Assembly (NCBI GenBank): GCA_965235115.1
Contig: OZ249439.1
Coordinates: 18,600,001-18,664,000 of the forward strand
Reading direction: 5' to 3'
DNA from: Laetmonice hystrix
Lineage: Eukaryota
DNA: 64,000 bases
Shown: piece after piece, positions 58,701-64,000 of the stretch
Numbering within the stretch: position 1 is the first letter of the stretch
Layout of the letters: each line of letters opens with the position of its first letter
Made by a program: the position numbers and the translations under genes
Notes under the pieces: model-generated
What the model was told of the DNA's origin: nothing
The model's input: only the letters and a program-made list of their open reading frames with translations
Databases searched by the model: none

Positions 58701-61700
58701 ATATGTGTCATTTGTCTCGAACTTAGTACTGACGTTAAACTTGATTTCTCCTGGAAGTCGTCACTGCGAGGACGGGTTCTACGTCATTGGACCTTTCTTT
58801 TAAAACTAGCTGTAGAAAATCCCTAGACAGGTGAACCGCACAGAGACCTTTTATAGATGTAATATGTGATGTGCTGTTGGCAATTTCTGGAGGCAGTTGT
58901 GCAGAGAAGGAGATATTTGTCATTTATTTACATAAAGTCTTTCCAGCAGAGCAAGTTTTTTTATCCGCCAGAAGAAACATTTGCATATATATGTTCTTCT
59001 TGCAGTGTGATGCAAAATAGGAAATCATCGAAGTGACTTTTTGTTTTCAATATTAAAAAGTGCAGATATTCGTGTCCTATATAGTTATAGTTTGTGAGAA
59101 CAGAGACATCAGTTTAGCTGTTACAGCTAAGTCATACGTCAACTTGCCTCTGGGTGTCGCCGTGTCTCGAAAGGCATTGGATAAGGCAATTTTAAAAGCT
59201 GCCGACTTTTTGTAGCTTTGAAGTGCGGACTTGACCAACGGACCCAACGGACCTTGCCCAGATACCCGTTAGGGGGCGTGACTGCGGTACCCCAGTGGGC
59301 AGGCGGTTAGGGTCTGAGGTTGGGTCAGAGGGTTGGGGTTTACTTATTCCAGGCAGGAAGCATGACCTACCCTCACCCCCTCCTGGTCATTCCTCTTTCC
59401 CACTTCCAACCTAAAGACAGTTCTCATCACTTTATGCCAGTCGCGTCAGCCTGCCGACTGACCCTGCGGCACACGTAAGATCAAATATAGCGCCAAAGTT
59501 ACTGTTTCCTAATATGACATCAAAGTAAACCGTTAAAGACATCCATGTCACTGCTTCTCATACAAGTCAAAAGAACATTAGTGATTTTGACAGAGAAATG
59601 ACAAGTAACAGTGCGAGTCACATGTGGGTGCCAGTCGTATGGCTACCCACCATCCTGACACCCCTCCCAATATGGTTGCGACCACCTTGGCATTCCAGGG
59701 TGAAAGGGGGAGCAGGCAGCTCAGCTTGGCTCCACAGTAAGCGCTGAGAGCCTGCAGCCGACCCATCTTACTGGAGTACCCGGTTAGTGCGCGTGGAGAC
59801 TCTCGACTCGGGCAGGATAACTACAAGTAAACTTTACAACACCAACACCGGTGAAGACGAACGTCTCAAGAACTTAGCAAAGAGTTTGACGAAGAACCTG
59901 TCTGTGATAGGAGTAGCTTACGTGTCATCCTTCTCTCCGAGTCCCGACTGAAGCCAGACGAAGGTAGGAGAAGAGTGATTTTATGCTGCCTCATCTTTCC
60001 CGAATGCTAGAAGCAGCGGGGTAGCAAGGGGTACACCCTAGGAAGGATGGGCGGTGTACGGTAATGGGGTACCTCTATTAGAACCAACACCGTAGATGTA
60101 CTACTTGTGTTTATTGCGGTGTGTTTTCCACCATCCTTTGTCATATTTATATGGAAAATCTAGCTTTAAGTGATGACTTAACGGACCTAAGGGGTTTAAG
60201 GTTTATCTGAATGAATTAGGGGCTCACCAGAAAGATTTGGGTTACTGTTTCAGGGGAGGCTGCCCTCTATCTCGATCTGGACCTCTCGATCTAATCCGAG
60301 ACAGCTTTAGTCTACAGCTGTGCACCTCAGAACTGGAGAAACTTGTGTTCTTCCATTTTGTTTCTCGTGGCTGGATTGAGTAGACCACACCTCGGAGTAA
60401 AATTAAGGCCAAGTACTCTAAGGGAAAACAGGCTTGGTTGTCTCGGATTCCGCTGTGTTGCCCTAGAAATTAGCCAGTGATTGCGTAAGGAGTTCCTGTC
60501 CTATTTGTGGGTGTTTGGACAGCAGTGTGCAGCTTTAGTGCAGGATGTTGCATGTTTGGAGTGGGTTGTTGAAACAGCCTGGAAAAGGCTGCGAGTTGTT
60601 GGAAGAGGTAAATGTTGGATTGTTCTGGACTGTGTGGGCAAAGATTGCCGGCCGGTAGGTATATAGGTAGACAGGATGTAGGTGTAAGCTTGGCCGAGGT
60701 TTATCACGGCCGGTTATGTAAGGGGAAGGTGGCAGGGAGTCACGCGCTGGACCTGGATAGGTCAAGGCCCAGCGGGGAGATAGGGCCCAGATTAACGGTG
60801 ATGTCAACATCAGTGGGTGTTATAGGGGGTTGGGTGTATGTGTGGGAGCGGGCAATAGGCCCCGTAGCACCAGAGAAGTCACATCCAGTAATCTGGCGGC
60901 TCAGTCAGAGAGGGACCCACAATCCTTTCATCTATTGTGGTCGGCGGCACCACTACGGCATGTGTTTGTTGTCAGCTCAATCAGTTGTTTACACAGGTCG
61001 GGCACAATCTGGCAATGAATGGTCCACCCCTTGCACGTGGCTGATAAGTTGTTTTGTTGGCTGCTACTAACAGTTATGAGGGAATGTTAAGGAATTCGTA
61101 GTAATGTAGAATTGATCAAACTCCAGTATATTTGTCGTTCTGAAATTTGGATGTAGTTTCATGGGTTTGATGGCTTGTCATTGCATTTGCGCCAAATTCT
61201 GCCGGACCTGTAAATGACATGTAGAAAAAAGTTGGGACATACGAATACTGATTAACTGTCGTTAGTCTAGCTAACGTACATGTATATAGTGTTAATAGGG
61301 TCGTGGTTGTGGACCTTAGCACTGGCCCAGATGTGAATGGTAGGCCCTACTGAATGAGTTACCCTGAACGAAAGTACAGAAGCCCAGGTTCCTTTGGTCG
61401 GTCGACTTCTGCTAAAAGGAAACCACTTCTTACGAGCCTTGAACCTACCAGCTCCGAGTACAACGTACCCGGTGCCTCGCTGTTCTCTGTTCGGCAGTGT
61501 TTGACATTGTCACATCATTCAACAGGGAGGGGTGAATCTGCTTCTGAGGCATGAGGATTCCGGCACAGAGGAGCAGTGGGTTCACCGGGGTGTAGTTGAT
61601 GTAAAGTGTATTGGGTGGGCGCTGCGGGTTGTAAGATAAAGTGACCCATACTGTGTGACAAATGTAGTCATGGTACGGAGAGATAGGGGCGGTCCGCTGT

Positions 61701-64000
61701 TGTAGTTCAGCTATCAATACATAACCCATGGAGCTCCGACTTCTGCTACGAAACAGAGATAGGCTAGGGTATGGAGCTCAAGAGAATGCTTGGCATAATT
61801 ACAAAAGCTCACCCCAGTCCCACTGGCACCCCGTCCCCTAACACCCTATCGGAGTATGACAGGCAGCCGCCGTTTAAACAACAACGGCACACACAATACC
61901 CGCCCTGTTACCCTACACCGCCGCCTCATCACCAACAATGGCCTGCCTGTTGCTGCAGCAGTTGGATGCTGTGGAACCCACTCACTCGCTCTGTGTTTGC
62001 ACTGAGAACCCCTATGCTTTCCTACTGTAATCAAACCCCTCTGTTTATACCCAGCTGGTCAGTATTTGCTGGGGTCTGGTCAGCTTGACAACCCGTGCTG
62101 GACCCCCAACAGACGCACTCGGGGTTAAAAGGGATGGCACTGGGAGAGATTCCGGGAACAGCGGGAGGATCTGGATCTCTCATCGCCAAGGTCATCAGTC
62201 AGGCGGGCTTCCAACGGTCCCCTAATGTTTCACCCTGACACCAGGGGCAGCACTGGAAGCAGGTTTTTACTCCTCGTCAATATAGCGAGGTCGGGTAATA
62301 ATTTTCATGGGAATACATTAAGTTTCTCTGAAAAGCCACGTGGTTACTTGAGTATACATAACATGAGACCGTTTTAGTGTTCTCATTTACCGGGACGGCC
62401 TTTATTAACACGGCGGAGAACTCGCAGACACTCTCAGCCGGCTTGAGGGCATTATGATTGGCGAGAATGGGGTCATTGATGGCGGAGAGAATCCCAAGTA
62501 CACAGCAGGGCTGGTGGTCATTATGGTCAACACTAACCATTTGTTTGGAGTGCTTCAGTTCTGTTTTTACTGCAGACCAGGACGTCATTAAATACTCGCC
62601 ACTGGAGCTCGTAATGAGTTCAGCAGCATGGAATTGATTTGTTGCAGACTCAACTCTTTTGAGCTTACTTCATCAGCCTAAATAAGGCCTGGTGGTTACT
62701 ATGACACATAATATGTTGACGTTCCTTGACTGGTCGTGTGTTTGAAGTTTCTCTGACGATGAAAAACGAATTTCTCATTACTAAATATTATTTTATCATA
62801 TGTTTGTTACCCTTCTCCATATCCGATGTAATTTGTCACGTGTCTAACATCAGCCATACTCCCAGTGTGGTCTGTTATGAAGGCTTAGGGTGCAAAAAGG
62901 ATGGGAGAGGTCCAGACCTTCTCACTCTCAGGGTCCTAGATTTCCAGGTTGAAACCTAGAAGTTTACAAAAACAGTAATCCTGTTTTAATGTAGTCAAGT
63001 AAGAAAATGTACTGCCAAATACAATGCGTACAGCAAGCAGGTTTTTACGTATACTGATAAATCAGACTAACAGTCCTGACTTTTCCCAGCCGTTTCAATA
63101 TTTCACCTAGTCAGTGCTGAGGAAAGTCGACGCAGCTAATACCACGATTCGGCTCACAGATTTGTGCAGGACGTATAATTTTGGCCAAGGTTGAAATACG
63201 TTGTTCGTGAATTATAACAATGAGTTTCCGTAGTGTAAAGTCAATGGACAGATTGTGAACACAGCAGTTGTTGGTATTGGTACTCATACTTGTCCTTGCC
63301 TATAATTACCAGACATGTCTCAGTGTAATTCAGAAACTGGGAATGGAGCGTGATTCCATATTAAAGGGTGGGCTATAGAGAGCTGAACTTAGTAGTTTTC
63401 CGATTTGTCCTTGATGGTTGGGCAACTCTAGACAATGATTATCTTATTTTGCTACAATGGAGAAATGATGTGTGTGTGTAAATTACAGACAACAGATATT
63501 GTCCCTGCCTAAGTGCCAGCCGTGGCCCGGAGGCAGTCCTGTTTACGTATTACAAAATCGCATTACAGTTGAATAACATCCTCAGACAGCCCCTTCCACA
63601 GTAGGCAGACAATTATCACAGTTTCTACATTGAGCTACCAAATCGACTGCAAGATTCCTATTCTGATTATACAGACTAGATTATATGATATTGATTACTG
63701 ACAGTTGAAGCGTGCTGCCACCGTCCTGCTGAACAAACCACCAACCCTTCAAGATGATTTAGCTGCCATGAAAATGAGTTGTTGGTGTTGAGTGTTGCGG
63801 CACAAATTGACCGGCCAAATGAGAGGCAATCAATGGTAGATTTACCGTGGGACATGTGTCTTGTGAAGCCAAGTCAATGTGGTTCCTTACCTGTCAACGA
63901 CTGCCGCTATCCAAGCCTGGGTGGCTCCGAGGTTGTCGTGAACCCGTCAGGCGGAAATCAAAGACTTAACTTTTCCCAACCATGAGGACGAGGTCTCCCG

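Noticed and set aside
60481-60900. DIRS/Ngaro RT remnant (IGPVAPEK resembling GVPIAPEK)
   Set aside because: There is no YLDD motif and only a short word-level similarity.
62390-62450. Gypsy RNase H end motif (ELADTLSRL)
   Set aside because: A single short motif next to a stop codon, with no RT, integrase or LTR nearby.

Overview
This 64-kb window looks like intron-rich metazoan genomic DNA, most likely from a marine invertebrate (inferred from the style of its repeats). It is not prokaryotic: there are no operons, rRNA, intact tRNA or CRISPR array. No ORF exceeds about 220 aa, and the longest are by-products of a stop-free 48-bp tandem repeat. Well supported features are: six tandem arrays (32-, 56-, 48-, 28-, 56/82- and 51-bp units), three with higher-order structure; a TTAA-flanked Kolobok-type MITE carrying a perfect 24-bp palindrome; a PIF/Harbinger-type MITE with a 3-bp TSD; a truncated tRNA-derived SINE; and a Helentron-associated-like element carrying a CRE cluster. 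Manual splice-site reading also gives a series of short minus-strand exon candidates that join in frame: a roughly 318-aa six-exon chain at 1.4-8.7 kb, a 104-aa three-exon mini-gene at 14.2-14.7 kb, and further exons at 18, 30, 38-41, 49 and 55.6 kb. I do not recognise any of the encoded peptides, so no gene symbols are given and these models are hypotheses. I found no convincing novel multi-gene system. The best leads are the unidentified spliced gene(s), the intronic 32-bp array of palindromic nuclear-receptor-like elements, and the patterned G-rich array.
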